From NCBI GenBank assembly GCA_002269645.1, contig NIVC01001580.1, positions 62,001 to 126,000 on the forward strand: a DNA stretch of 64,000 nucleotides, in the 5' to 3' direction. Under the pieces are notes generated by a model. It was given only the letters and a program-made list of their open reading frames with translations, had not been told where the DNA came from and did not search any database. Of this stretch, positions 21,090-33,990 are shown piece after piece. A program made the position numbers and the translations under genes. Numbering within the stretch: position 1 is the stretch's first letter; each line of letters begins with the position of its first letter. The stretch is from Macrostomum lignano. Its lineage: Eukaryota.

Positions 21090-23460
21090 TCAAATAACAA
21101 AGTCTTTACGGCGGCGTGAACCACTGCTGCAAAATCGATCAATCACCTGATCCGCAGTCTCTGCAAACTCAGGGTGGGTGTGCAACAGAGCCAGACTGAC
21201 AAGTCTGTCCTGCTGCATGGTAGAACGCAAATACGACTTCAAGCGTCTTCGGAAGCAAACATGTTAACTGGAGAAAATCATCATGCTGGGCCTGGTCCCC
21301 AAAGCGCTGCTGGAACTGAGACAGAATGTGCTGTAGGAATGGCTCGTACACATCAGCACGGAAGTGTTCCTCCGGCGTGTCTTCGCTAGCACCACGCCCT
21401 TGCTGACAGCCTCTACGACGAGGGATGCGCAGCTCTACGTCCGCTTCAGCTGCAGCTTCGGATGCTGACGACCAGATACTTTTGAAGGCAGTGCTGGCTT
21501 CTGCCTGCATCTTTTCCAGCGTGACACGCACGTTTTCGATGTGCTTGCTTGCTGTAAACAGATCGATACTAACTTTCTGAAGGAAGCTGGACAGAGGCCG
21601 GATTACTGCCATCACCTCGCCCATCACATGCAGCGCCACGATGAAGTTCGGCATTGTGCAGGCGGCCTTCAGCATCTGCGCATTGGCAGCAGTTCTTGGA
21701 TCGCAATCGGAGGCGGATTCGCAGAAATCAAGAAATTCTACAATTGATGCGAAAAGCTGCGAAAACACGAGCACGGCGTCATTCCGCTCGACCCAGCGAG
21801 TATCGCAGAGGGTTAGCAGTTTCCGCTGACGGCTGCTGCACGAGCCACTTGCGGTAACTCTTTGAAAGAGCTCGAGCCGCTTTGCCGATGAATTGACGAA
21901 GTTTGTTACTTCTCCTATAACTCCCATTGAGTTACGAATTGGGGGCAGTTGGCAGGCATGAACGAGTACAAGGTTTAGGCAGTGACTGGAGCAGTGAATG
22001 TAGTACGCTTCTGGACACTTCTGCCGAACATGTGCCTGAACTCCATTGAACTCACCCGGCATTGCAGCGGCTCCATCGTAGCCTTGACCTACGAGTAGGT
22101 GGTAGTTGATGCCCAACTTCTCGAGAAAACTAAACAATGCAGCGGCGAGTGCTGAGCCGGACTGATCGGTCACATGAACAAATCCGAGAAAATCTTCCCT
22201 GAGAGTGCAGTCAGCATCGACGTACCGAGCAGCAACTGACATCTGCTCCTTTTTTGAGATGTCACATGTCTCATCCATGAGTACAGAAAAACATTTTGCT
22301 GCATTGACTTTGGTGGCCAGAGTTTCCTGAATCACGCAACCAGCGGCTTCGAGGAGCTCGTTTTGAATTGTCTTGCTGATGTACGTTGCATTTGCTGCTG
22401 AATTCTTGAGATGTTTCTCCAACGCTTCGTCACCAGCATCAACACGAAACTGCAGTAAAGCGCGAAAGTTGCCGCTGCCTGAAACCATCGAATTGTCGTC
22501 ACTCGTGTCAGAGTTGGCACTTGAAAGCGGGCCATCGTCGCGGTGAGCGCAAACTGGAATGTTTTGTCTTCCACAGAGCAAAAGCGTCTTCACGATTGGC
22601 AGCAGTCGATTTCGATTCTCTGCTGCCTGTCGTTGCCGCGCTTCGTCCAGCTGTTCACCACGTCGCTGCGAGCTGCTGCTTGCTGCTTGAAGGTGGCCGC
22701 GCGTGTCACAGCATCTTGGTGATACGCTGTTGCAGCATGGGAGATGACATAGCCGTTTGCACCAAACAGATGGTCGTACATGTACCTACTCAAGGGCTTC
22801 GACACTAGGTTGCGGAGCTGCTGGTTGCGTACATCCCCAGACGCTGGCCCAAAAAGCGCACAGAACCGACAGAAAAGCCCAGATCGAGCTTCTGAGAAGG
22901 CTAGAAAGCTGTGCTTCTGCAGGTGCTCATGTCTTAGATAGCGCTTTTCAGCCTTGCCATTTAAAATGCGCGTGGAGTAAAGGCATTGAGTAGTTGGCTG
23001 ACGGCGACCAGGCAGAGTCAAGCAGCTTAAGACAAATGTGGTCATTCAGGTGTTCACTCAGAGGGCTACCAGCAACGTACAAACCGAAGTCGATCATGCA
23101 GATTCCCCTGCTAGTATCTGCAGCAGTAGAAGCATGGGCTCTGGCAGCAGGGACGCCGTATTCAGCAGCAGCAGGGGCGCTTGATTCAGCAGCAGCAGGG
23201 GCGCCAGATTCAGCAGCAGCAGGGGCGCCGGATTCAACAGCAGCAGGGGCGCCGGATTCAGCAGTAGCAGGGGCGCCGGAATCAACAGCAGCAGGGGCGC
23301 CGGATTCAGCAGTAGCAGGGGCGCCGGATTCAACAGCAGCAGGATGTCCAGAAGTTTTGCTCAGGAAAGTTCTAATTCCTACTGTGCTTCTGGCGCTTTC
23401 CTCGAGAAGACGAAGCTTTTTCTTGCGTCTATTTTCAACCCCGGAGGCTTTACGTTTCAT
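21090..23460 (-). pseudogene. hAT transposase (ZMYM1/P52rIPK-like, DUF4371 type) pseudogene
   Basis: TTF-type Zn finger (GLFCRFCALF), GNFRALLQFR, ISKTIQNELL, catalytic FSVLMDETCD, GQGYDGA, YIHCSSHCLNL, LCDTRW, and C-terminal RRLKSYLRSTMQQDRLVSLALLH ending at TGA 21090. Frameshifts at ~22980 and ~22660; an internal deletion with frameshift at ~21250 removes most of the dimerisation domain. Confidence 0.92.
23150..23345 (-). repeat. 24-bp coding repeat (xxESGAPA x8) in the transposase N-terminus
   Basis: Plus-strand unit CAGCAG(C/T)AG(C)AGGGGCGCCGGATT-like; translation AVESGAPA/TAESGAPA/AVDSGAPA etc. Confidence 0.9.
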
Positions 23461-25385
23461 CGCAACGGAGATTTGAATGTTTATTGCAATATTTGAGGAA
23501 CTTGGAAATCAGCAACATTTTTAAAATATTTTAATTCCTTTTAAGCTCGGGTGTTCCCAGGCTGGGGTGGGCGCCGAAGTTGGCCACTTGCTAAACCGCG
23601 CTAAACCGCAAAGTGAGGCCACCCCAGCACCCCTCAATGTACATGTGTCGCAGCTGCAAGTAATTTCTTCTGTTCGACCGTTTGCCCTTTGTCTCTGTTT
23701 ACTCAGCTGTTTTCTCCCTCTGTCTAGTTCAGTCTTGACTCTTGTTTTCTTATCTTTCTCTCTCGCTGCCTTCTGATTGGCCCAAGCTTGCCTCTTTCCT
23801 CAGTCGCGTACTTACCCCTCTCGTTTTCTTAATTTACCTAACCCCCCTGATTTAATGTCTTGTAAATAACGTGTACTCGTTTGGGCCGGCGCGGGCCCAC
23901 TTCCGCTGAACTGACTCATTGCGCCTATCTATTTGCAGCACAGGCCTAACTCGCGCCTCCCAACTAGGATGGCTAACCGCCAGTTGGTTTTAGTAGGAAG
24001 CTGCTCCATCACTCTGGCTTAGTGGGCGTCTAGCGTGTCTCACAATGGGCGCCTGGCTGAAGTCAACTTCGGCCCCCGCCCCCCTCCCCCCTGTATCCGC
24101 CCCTGGCTCTAAGCCCACCCTGAACATCCGACTTGGGACTTGGGAGCAGAGAGGGGGCCAGTGTCCATTTTAAAGGTGTTCTAAAATAAGAGTCTTCTGA
24201 TCTATGACCTTGCCTCTGAAAATAATTGTCATCTATAAATTGTTTTATTGCATCTTTAGACAATTAATTAACTAACTCTACCATCTTTCTGTATAATTCC
24301 CTGATAATCGTAAACGTGTCACCGCAAACATCATTAAAACTGCAATTTGATTAAACAAAAAAGAAAAAAAAGAAAAAATTCTATTATTTTGTTTCTTGCA
24401 CTATTTTTCCTATATTCCTAAAACGTACCGGCGCCGTTGCATTTAAAAAGTAGATAAATGTATAGCAGCATATCAATTAAAACGAGGATATTGCGTACTA
24501 GCAATCGTACATTAGATTAATAGGCCGTCCCATTAAATAATTGTGCGAATAAACGAAAAATACGAAAAATACAGAAAGTAATAGTAAAAACACTGCAAAT
24601 ATTGTCTAACCTACTTAAATAAAGATCGATTCTAAACTGCATTATTTTCTTGAGATCTATATTTAAAATATGGCATCAGCTTTTGGTCTTAGGCTAGTAT
24701 AAGGCGCACGCTAGTTAATTCAAAAAAATTTGAGGTCGCCGCGCAGCGCGTTTTATTAATTTAAAAAACCACGGTTAAAATATCGGAGTATAAAAAAAAC
24801 TTTTTTGTTTTCATTTACAAGAAATATTATTAATATATAACAAAAATTGTTATTTTTAAAACAATTATAAAGAATATTTCAATTTTAAGCTATTTTTTGT
24901 TATAGTAGACACGTAAAAGTCTTGGAAAATAAACTTGCCAAATATTTTCATTTTTCTTGCCTTCTACTTTCCGTACTACTGTGGCTGTATGTCTAGAGTG
25001 TGGATAGAATTTTGTTGAAACACAGTTTAATCTCTGGTTGATTAGTTCACAAGCAAATTACATTGTTAAATCTTACCTACATGTTCTTTATTTGACTTCT
25101 GGCAGCTGTTTTTATGTAGCTCGAGTAGACTCATTTTTTGACTGACAATTAATTTAATGTAAATTAGTTTATAGGCCCTAGCGCTAGCTGTATTTGTTTT
25201 ATAGACTATAGTTCTGCTGCCATTTGGCTTGAATTTAGTCACACTTTTTTGTTTTTAGCAGCACTGCCATAATAGGGCCTAGTCCTGACTAAATAAAAAG
25301 CCTCCGAAATCTGCTGCTCTAGAAGTCACAGAAGTGTATATAGCCTAGGCTAGAGTCTAGACAGACTTAACTATCCATAACAAAT

Positions 25386-28300
25386 ATGACTGATGATAAG
25401 CCACAGCAGGAGAGTTTTTTAGCCCAGCTAAATGAAGTTGCAGAAGTGCCTAATCAATGCCATCAAGTTGTTTTGCAAGAAGTGACCCCTGCATTTGATC
25501 CTGCATCTTCTGTGCAAATACCTATTGTGAATACATATATTCCAAGTAGTCCTGGGCCTGATACAGCTCAAGCACCTTCATCTGGCATAATTGTTGATGC
25601 TGAGGATCCTACTAATGGAAATCCTTATTCACAGTCACAGACTTCTGAGCATGGTAAATTGGTTTAAACATTTTGTTTTTCTGGGTATATATATATACTT
25701 TTTACAAAAACCTACTTTAATTTTTAATGGTTCTATGAACTTTTAAATAAAGTTAGTCTACTTTTTGTCAACAAGGCAGCCACCTCGCACCCTAAGTTCC
25801 ATCTTTCTCTATAGTCTAATTCCTTTACCTGGCAAGATTTAGAAAAGGGGTTTGAAAATTGACTAACTTTTGGCTGCTACAAGGTTGCTAATGCTTGTTG
25901 TTCTATATAAAGTGATTGTCTTCAAACTTGACTATTCTTCATTGATGTTTTTTTCTATTTAAATTTAAAGTAAAAATATAAGATTGTAATGATAAAAGAG
26001 ATGAAATGAGATATAAGAGAAAAGAAATAAGAAATAAAAGAACTAAGATAAAAGGGTCTAAAGTATAGAAGTTAAATTGTTTATGTATATCTGTTAGGAG
26101 AATAGTGGATTCTCCTTTTAGGAATCAAAGTAGCACAAATCCTAATATACTTTTATTCTTGTCAATTTGCCTTAAAGCTCAAGTATATTTTAGGGAAACA
26201 AAACTATGAGTAGTGATTTAGAATGCTTGCAAAAATATAGGACATAAAAAACAAAACTTGAAGGAAATGAAAGAGTGGCTTTGCCAAACAGACAATAAGA
26301 TAATTGCCAGACAATATACAATTGATAATTGATTGAATAGTATATCAATACAGTTATAAGAGGTGGTTTATGTGCATTTGCTCAATGCACAATAAGAAGA
26401 AAAGAAAAAAGAGTACAGAAGAGAAAGATGAGGGAGCAGATGGAAGAACATACATTTGCAACTTCCAAAATTTGGTTGGCCATGCAACATAGTTTTAACA
26501 AAAAAGGCAACATAGTTTTTGGCCAAAAATGCAATTTACATATAAAAGAAACAGTAAAGCAAAACTTTTTTTTTATTAGAGGCAGGGGGGTTGTGTGCAC
26601 CCTGGCGCAATTTAAGCGTCATTGGCACACAACCGGCGAGAGGCATTACTGCCCATTCCGCCAACTCCCCTGAGCAGGCATACAAGCGCGCGGATACGTA
26701 CGCAGGCACACACTCACACAGGAGTGTACAGCGGCCCTAACTTTATCAATTGTTAGGCATGTACACTTCACTGCGCCTTGGGGGGTTGGCTCTCAAGGCC
26801 GTTAATTGCACAAGCGAGCCAAGCCAAGATTCCAATGCAGCCCCAAATTAATGTGGCTGCACTTGGAATCGAGCCTGGGTCGCGGCACACCAGAGCAGCT
26901 GCGCTACCACTGGGCTACGGCCCCCCCCCCTAATGTAAGCAAAACTAGCAAAACTAATGTAACTTTAGATAAACAGCAGGAGTAACTAGTATGACTATCT
27001 TTTTAAGGCAAAATGCCTCTATTTAGTACTACTTGGATATTTTTTGGGTGGGCATTTTTGAGATGATAAAGCAGAGACATTGTAGAAATAAGAAAAGAAA
27101 GCAGACTTGTTTGTCATTCTGTGTGGTATCCTAGCAAACAAGATCAATGCTTGCCTCAAAACTTAACTTAATACAAATTTACTCCAATTTATGCTTACCT
27201 TTATCCTAATTATTATTTTTTTAACCATATTTTGTTTGAGTAGGATTTTAAATTTCAGAATATTTGCAAAAATAGTTCCTTTCCTGGGGTTGAACAAGTT
27301 TGTTTTTGTTAAGCCTGGTGTTTTTCTATCAAGTGAGATTTTTTAATTTTAGAAATTTTCATTGTGATAAATTAAAATATAATTAATCTTTTAAATTAAC
27401 TCAAAACTAAATTTATAAGTAGTTGAGCATTATGTTTTAAAGTCTTTATTTGATACTAAAAGCTGCTAGCATGCTTGTTATAAAGGTATATACATTAGTA
27501 TATATGAATTATGAACCTAAATATTATAATTGATAAATAAAAAATGTTAATCTGTATAATTTTTAATACTGCCTATGTTTCAATATCTTGACAAGCTATA
27601 GTTGATTAAAGCCTATTAAGATAAAATTGCAAACAACAATGCTTATGAATTCATATTGGACTTCTACTAAATGTGTAGCCATACTCATTTGCATCTGTTT
27701 GGAGCTGATAGATAAACATGATTGACTAGCTATCAAGTATTATTAATAAAACTTTTTTGTAGACTCACCAAACAAAGACACCAGTTCGAGTTCAGCGCCT
27801 CAGACAGTCACTGGAAAGTAAGTTGATAACACCAACACTAATTTACCTTAATATCATGCTGCTCATATTTAAAATGCACTAACAATGCTACTGACAGTAT
27901 TATAAGAACAAGATACTATCGCAATTCTATTCAGCGTGAAGATTCAGCTCATGGAGATCTCAGTGGACGAGTTCAAGGCCAATGTGGAGTACATCCAGTC
28001 GCAGTTTCCAAGCATGCAGCGCCGGCTGATTTGTGACGCATTCAGCAAAGCAAATTTCGATTGTCGAACAGCGATGGAGCTGCTGACTAAAGAGCAGGAG
28101 AAGAAAGATCAAAGCATTGTGCCGCCTCTGCTTCTAGCCGCTAGGCAGCAGCAGCAGCAGCAACAACAGACGCAGCAGCTGCATCAGAAATATCAACAGC
28201 AGCAGCAACAAAAGCAGAAACCTCCACCGAAAGCGTCTCAACAGTCTCCGCAGACTCCTCAGGCCCAGCGCCAGCCGGCCTCAACCGCCGCCACCCCTTT

Positions 28301-31300
28301 GCCGCTGCCGCACAACAGCCGTCGCAGCCGCCTGAGCCAATCGCCCAAAGAAGACCCCTGCTACAAACGAGTGGTCAGCGGCGACAAGGAGGCCGAGAGA
28401 GCGCTGCGTCAGAAGCTGAAGAGCAACGTTCGATCTCGGGTGTTCAGCCACGGTGTGAAGATTGGGCGAGGAAGGTGAGTGCGATCTGGTCTGTGGGCTG
28501 TTTTGCTGGCTTCTAGTAGCTCTTGGAAGCTCAGCGGAGGGTGACAGAGTGGAGACTCTGGTAGATGTGAGCGGAGGCACCGGTGGATGAGAGAGCGGAG
28601 GCACCGGTGGATGAGAGAGCGGAGGCACCGGTGGATGAGAGAGCGGAGGCACCGGTGGGTGAGAGAGCGGAGGCACCGGTGGGTGAGAGAGCGGAGGCAC
28701 CGGTGGATGAGAGAGCGGAGGCACCGGTGGATGAGAGAGCGGAGGCACCGGTGGATGAGAGAGCGGAGGCACCGGTGGGTGAGAGAGCGGAGGCACCGGT
28801 GGGTGAGAGAGCGGAGGCACCGGTGGGTGAGAGAGCGGAGGCACCGGTGGATGAGAGAGCGGAGGCATCGGTGGGTGAGAGAGCGGAGGCACCGGTGGGT
28901 GAGAGAGCGGAGGCACCGGTGGGTGGCGGCGCGAGAGACACCGGTGAGTGTCGGAGTTAGAGACACCGGTGGGTGTCGGAGTGAGAGACACCGGTGAGTG
29001 TCGGAGTGAGAGACACTGGTTGGTGTCGGAGTGAGAGACACCGGTGGGTGTCGGAGTGAGAGACACCGGTGGGTGTCGGAGTGAGAGACATCGGTGAGTG
29101 AGAGAGTGGAGGCACCGGCGGATGAGAGGAGAGAATGGAGACATCGGTGAGTGAGTAGTGGAGGCACCGGTGAGTGAAAGCGCGAGACACCGGTGGATAA
29201 CAGAGCGGAGGCACCGGTGAGTGAGAGAGCGGTGGAAACTTCAAATGAAGGCAAAAGCCCCATCCAGAAGCCCCCTCCGGAACCCCATCCAGACCCTTCC
29301 ATCCCAAACCATCCGGAACCCTCATCCAAAAGCCCATGCCCCAGCCATCTCCAAATTCTTAAACCGCACCGCAGAGAGACCGCAGCCAGCGCACTGCAGC
29401 TGAGGCGCGCCGGCCCGGGTTCATCTCAGGACGCGGACAGCAGCATCGATGCTTCAATCATTGACGATGAAGATTCGTCGAATGTGGTCATTTCCCGACG
29501 CTCCAATGCGGAGGCTACTGCCGATGTCGATGTGGACGCTGACGCCCCGGAGCCGGCAGCCAGCGACAGCCGGGAAGATCTGGTTGTCATGGACGCTTCG
29601 GAACCGGCTGGGGCTTTGCGCATTCTGCGGGACTCGTTCCCCGGACTGTCCGAAGCCGAACTGGCCGAGTGCCTGTCCGAGTGCGACCAGAATGTGGACG
29701 AGGCCATCCGAGTTCTGTCCGGCCGTAGACTGGAGTCCAGCGGCGGTGGTAGTGCGGCTCGATTCTTTAAAAGCAAGCAGTTGGCGGGCAAGGTGCAGCA
29801 GGCCAGGAAGGATTACGTGAGAGCCGAGCTCAACTCGGGAGCCTGGATGGGCCGGCAGACCGGCGCTGGTGCAGCCGCTGCGCCAGGCTCGTCCACCCTG
29901 CGAGTGTACACGGTGCCGCAGAAGCGCAGATTAAGTGAGTAGTAAATTTGATTGATAATAAATGCTTGTAAAAAAACGCTTTCACCCTACTCCTTTTCAG
30001 TAGCAAAAATAGCGTTTTTTGCTTTTTTATAGTAAAAAAATAGTTAAAAAATAAAAAATATCTGAAGTTTTTAAAACGACTTTAGACTAGATTGCATGAA
30101 AACTTGAAAACACCCAGAGATCCATGCATGTGCACTTTTAAAAAAAGGGGTGGCCTCCCAGATCTCTACCGCTTGTGTCTGTCTGACTTTATTTTCTTAC
30201 CTAACTACTCTCATTGGGTTTATTGGTTGATTCCTAACCCGAAATTTATATAATTTCCATCTACTGTCCGTTTTATTACTTTAAGTAGCATAATAGCAAT
30301 TGTCGTCTCTTTACTTTAATAACTATATGTATATTCGCATTAACAGTCAAATAAAATATATATTTTTTAACTTTAACCCCATTCACTTCAGCAGGCGAGC
30401 CGACAGACAGGCAGACCCAGTGACTCAGAGTGATCCAATGACTCAGAGTGATCCAGTGATTCAGAGTGACCCAGTAACTCAACATTGATCCAGTGACTCA
30501 AAGTGATCCTGTGACTCAGAGTGACCCAGTGACTCAACATTGATCCAGTGACTCAAAGTGATCCTGTGACTCAGAGTGACCCAGTGACTCAACATTTATC
30601 CAGTGACCCAGTGACTCAACATTGATCCAGTGACTCAGAGTGACCCAGTGACTCAACATTGATCCAGTGACTCAGAGTGACCCAGTGACTCAACATTGAT
30701 CCAGTGACTCAAAGTGATCATGTGACTCAGAGTACAGTCAGTGGATCACTTTGAGTCACTGGATGACTGTGAGTCACTGGATCACTTTGAGTGACCCAGA
30801 GTGATCATATTTGATATCCAGAGTGACCCAGAGTGATCCTGTGACTCAGAGTCATCCAGTGACTCATAGTGATTTTGTGATTCAGAGTGATCCAGTGACT
30901 CATAGTGACCCAATGACTCAAAGTGGTACAGTGATTTAAAGTGACCCAGTTATTCATTGTGACTCGGACAGACCCAGTGAAATTTTATTTGATATTCAGA
31001 AGCTAAATTTGAATCAAGTTTTTATTGTTGAAAATTTCCCCTACACATTCTTTTATATCCAATCGATGGTTGACAGACTTGAGTTTGCAAGTTTAAAAGT
31101 ATTGCATATAACTCTTCCGTTCGTGTTTAGGACTGTTTAGTCCACTTTGTGTTTATTTCTTGATGATTCCACATTAGAGACATTTTCGAAGCCGTTTGTC
31201 TTTTTTTAATTCTTCGATGAAGCTGACCCAAATTTCAAGCATTTAAACTGTAGGTTAAAAGAGACAGTCTTGAAGATTAACATAAGAAATTTACATAAGA

Positions 31301-33766
31301 CTTGATCTGCTTCTCAAGTTGTATTACTGAGCCCTTGTGGATACTTTTGTGTCTGACTTTCTGTAGCTAAGATAAATTGTTGTAATTAATTAAAATATGA
31401 AACTTTTCATTATCTGTACTGATAGGTTAATAAAACTATATTGTAAGATTAATTTCTTTACGTAAGCAAATATGACTAATTGAATTATTTTTTACGAACC
31501 TTTTTGTTTTTGTTTAAATTTTAGTTTTTGATATTATTAATCTTCCAATGATAATCAATGACATGATTTATGATGTTCCAGAGCGAGAGCCCGGTGCTCA
31601 TCAGGCATTGCCAACTGTTAAACCTGCGAAATCCGCCACTGCTGCCGCTGCCACCGCCTCGGATCACGAAGACATTGACATGAGTGGAGTCTGCGATGAT
31701 GATGGAAATTATAATAGAGAGCAGGATTTTGATAGCGAGGATAGCGATTATGAGAATGTGAGTTTGAAGTTTCACTGACCTGCTGGGGGCTTCAGTTTGT
31801 CTGCTTAGGGATCTTAAATTAGGTTGGGATCTACTAACGACTTCGGTATCTAAAGCCCCTTATTTGTTATGTAAGGCCTCCGATTCGGTATCTAAGGACT
31901 CTTATTTGGTATCTAAGGACTCCTTATTCGGTATCTAAGAACTTATTCGGTATCTAAGGTCTCCCTTCGGTATCTAAGGACTCTTATTTGGTATCTAAGG
32001 CCTCAGATTCGGTTTCTAAGGACTCACTTTCGGTATCTAAGGTCTCAAATTCCGTATCTAAATACTCCGATTCGGTATCTAAGGCCTCCAATTCGGTATC
32101 TAAGGACTCACTTTCGGTATCTAAGGTCTCAATTTCCGTATCTAAGGACTCCGATTCGGTATCTAAGGGCTCCGATTCGGTACCTAAGGAGTTATTCGGT
32201 ATCTAAAATCTCCGATTTGCTATCTAACATCTCCGATTTGCTATCTAAGATCTCCGATTTAGTATCTAAGGCCTCCGATTCAGTATCTAGGGTCCCCTTT
32301 TCGGTATCTAAGGCCTCAGCTTCGGTATCTAAGGTCTCAAATTCCGTATCTAAAGACTCCGATTCGGTATCTAGGATCCCATCCTATACCTAGCACTCAA
32401 TACCCCCTCCGCCCAACAGAAGCACTCGGTGCAGTCAGACGAAGACAAGGCAGCCGTGCTGGACTTCTTCAACACGGCGGCTCTAAGCGAGCTGATGCAC
32501 ATTCCCACTGTGTCCAAGAAGAAAGCAGAAATTCTCTACAAGATGCGGCCGTTCGAAGATTTTGACGATCTGCTAAACCGGCTGGAGAGCCACCGACAGT
32601 TCAACAGCTCGCTGGTGCAGGGCGCCCGCGAGGTGCTGCACATGAGGCGCATGGTGGTGTACCTCATGAACAAGTGCGAGGTCATCACGCAGAAGCTAGA
32701 GTCTCGCGTGGCGTCATTGCTGGACTCGGTGACCTTGGACTCGGCCGGGGACACCGGGGGCATCACGCTGCAGCCGGCCGCACTAAATCCGGACCTGCAT
32801 CTCAAGCCGTACCAGATGGTGGGGCTGAACTGGCTCCGGCTGCTGCATGAGGAGAACCTGTCTGCCATACTGGGCGACCAGATGGGGCTGGGTGAGTCGC
32901 AGTTCCTTCATGTGCAACTAACCCCTGAGATTTACCCCTGAGATTCACCCCTGAGATTCACCCCTGAGATTCACCCCTGATTAACCCTGAGATTCACCCC
33001 TGATTAACCCTAAGATTCACCCCTGATTAACCCTGAGAGTCACCCCTGATTAATCCTGAGAGTCACCCCTTAAGACCGCTCCTAAAGATCACGTAAGCAG
33101 ACTTGAAAAGAGTCTAATAAGCATGATATTTTATTGACCTTTTCCCACGATATTCTAAAATTACCCAAATCTAGATTTTAAGGACTTGCTACTATTCAGT
33201 AGTCTAAACTAAAAAGTAGTTTGCAAAAAAAGTTAGCATAGATGATGAAAAAAAATGTTGCAGTTGCATCAAAGGGGGTAATTTTGAGTTGCATATCAGT
33301 GTCGCAATGAGGCTTGAGTAGAAGTGAATGCCTGCCACTGGGTGAGTCTTCTCAGCGTGAGCCAGAAGTAATTTTCCAATTAGCTATGCAGAAATCGTGC
33401 TGTCACTATCTGGGAGTTGAGTTCGGCCACTTCAGTCAGCACTAATTGCAGCCTGCCTCCCTTTCACCTTCCGCTCCGATTCTCAGGCAAGACAATTCAG
33501 ATAATTGCTTTCCTAGCCCAGCTGCTCGAGGAGGGCGACCGCGGGCCTCATCTGGTCATTGTGCCGTCCAGCACCCTTGTCAACTGGGAGCGCGAGATTC
33601 GCAAGTGGTGTCCGCAGCTGCAGGCCGTCACCTACCATGGCAGCATGGAGGAGCGCAAGGCTGCCAGACAGGCCATTTACAGCGGCGAGACCCAGTTCCA
33701 TGTGCTGCTGACCACGTGAGTGGCTTGCTGTGTCTGTCTGTGTGTCTGTCTGTCTGTCTGTCTGTG

Positions 33767-33801
<35 letters not shown>

Positions 33802-33802
33802 G

Positions 33803-33857
<55 letters not shown>

Positions 33858-33879
33858 GTGTCTGTCTTGTGTGTCTGGC

Positions 33880-33914
<35 letters not shown>

Positions 33915-33953
33915 GTGTCTGTCTGTCTGTCTGTCTAACTGTCTGTCTGTCCC

Positions 33954-33990
<37 letters not shown>

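Larger units (their letters stand above)
19615..24105 (-). mobile_element. Full-length hAT DNA transposon (4491 bp)
   Basis: TIRs CAGTGGCGGATCCAG (19615-19629) and reverse-complement CAGGGGCGGATACAG (24091-24105), 13/15 identical. 8-bp TSD GCTCTAAA (19607-19614) / GCTCTAAG (24106-24113). Transposase inside; GGGCGCC subterminal motifs. Confidence 0.92.

Noticed and set aside
28281-29374. Long repetitive ORFs ([16 protein letters not shown], etc.) as coding exons or 5' extension of SMARCAD1 exon 4
   Set aside because: Open in most frames because of the 24-bp repeat; exon phases close correctly with the 28474 donor and 29375 acceptor.
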